From: Candidatus Bathyarchaeia archaeon
GTDB lineage: Archaea > Thermoproteota > Bathyarchaeia > Bathyarchaeales > Bathycorpusculaceae
Assembly: GCA_037481775.1 (NCBI GenBank)
Contig: JBBFKZ010000006.1
Coordinates: 42,787 to 80,200 of the forward strand
Reading direction: 5' to 3'
DNA length: 37,414 nucleotides
Positions 37,313 to 37,414 of the stretch are shown piece after piece. The notes beneath the pieces were generated by a model. It was not told the DNA's origin. It was given only the letters and a program-made list of their open reading frames with translations, and searched no databases. The translations under genes and the position numbers were made by a program. The first letter of the stretch is position 1. The number at the start of each line of letters is the position of its first letter.

Positions 37313-37414
37313 ATGAGCGAAAAAGCGGAAAGTTCAGGTTACAAGGGTGAAGCGTTAAGCGCCCTCAAAAAAGCAGGCTGCCAAGTCGGCGACGTCATAC
37401 GCATCACCGCCGAT
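37313..37414 (+). CDS. gatD: Glu-tRNA(Gln) amidotransferase subunit D, 5' end (runs off the window)
   Basis: MSEKAESSGYKGEALSALKKAGCQVGDVIRITAD matches the GatD N-terminal pattern GY.G.A...L.....VGD.I.I; GGAG SD at 37301. Confidence 0.7.
   Translation, partial: MSEKAESSGYKGEALSALKKAGCQVGDVIRITAD

Noticed and set aside
1-37414. CRISPR arrays, IS elements, integrases, tRNA/rRNA genes, selenocysteine/pyrrolysine read-through
   Set aside because: No repeat-spacer periodicity, transposase motifs, cloverleaf patterns or interrupted conserved ORFs were seen by eye. An Infernal/tRNAscan run would be needed to exclude small RNAs.

Overview
Archaeal chromosomal window, probably Bathyarchaeia (TACK). 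This is inferred from an eS30 gene, a non-catalytic beta-type tRNA splicing endonuclease subunit, BRE/TATA promoters, an H4MPT-linked Ftr-family gene and a bacterial-type MetK. It is mostly housekeeping: a de novo purine cluster (purM-purS-purL-purQ converging on purF-purD), metK, RidA, a GPN GTPase, class II HMG-CoA reductase, an RNA-processing block (beta-CASP, UPF0201, UPF0200, ThpR, CCA enzyme), uppP, an HTH-PRTase regulator, mtnA, endA, hisS, glnA, Nop2/Nip7, a GT2 synthase, eS30, Elp3 and the start of gatD. No mobile element, CRISPR array, tRNA or rRNA was seen. The standout is a three-gene cassette translationally coupled to purD: a COG4030/EhaR-like HAD phosphatase, a divergent Ftr paralog (EhaS-like) and a PfkB kinase (EhaT-like). 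It sits where the GAR transformylase (PurN/PurT, absent from this window) would be expected. This suggests an undescribed H4MPT-dependent route from GAR to FGAR. All family calls come from motif recognition by eye, not database searches.
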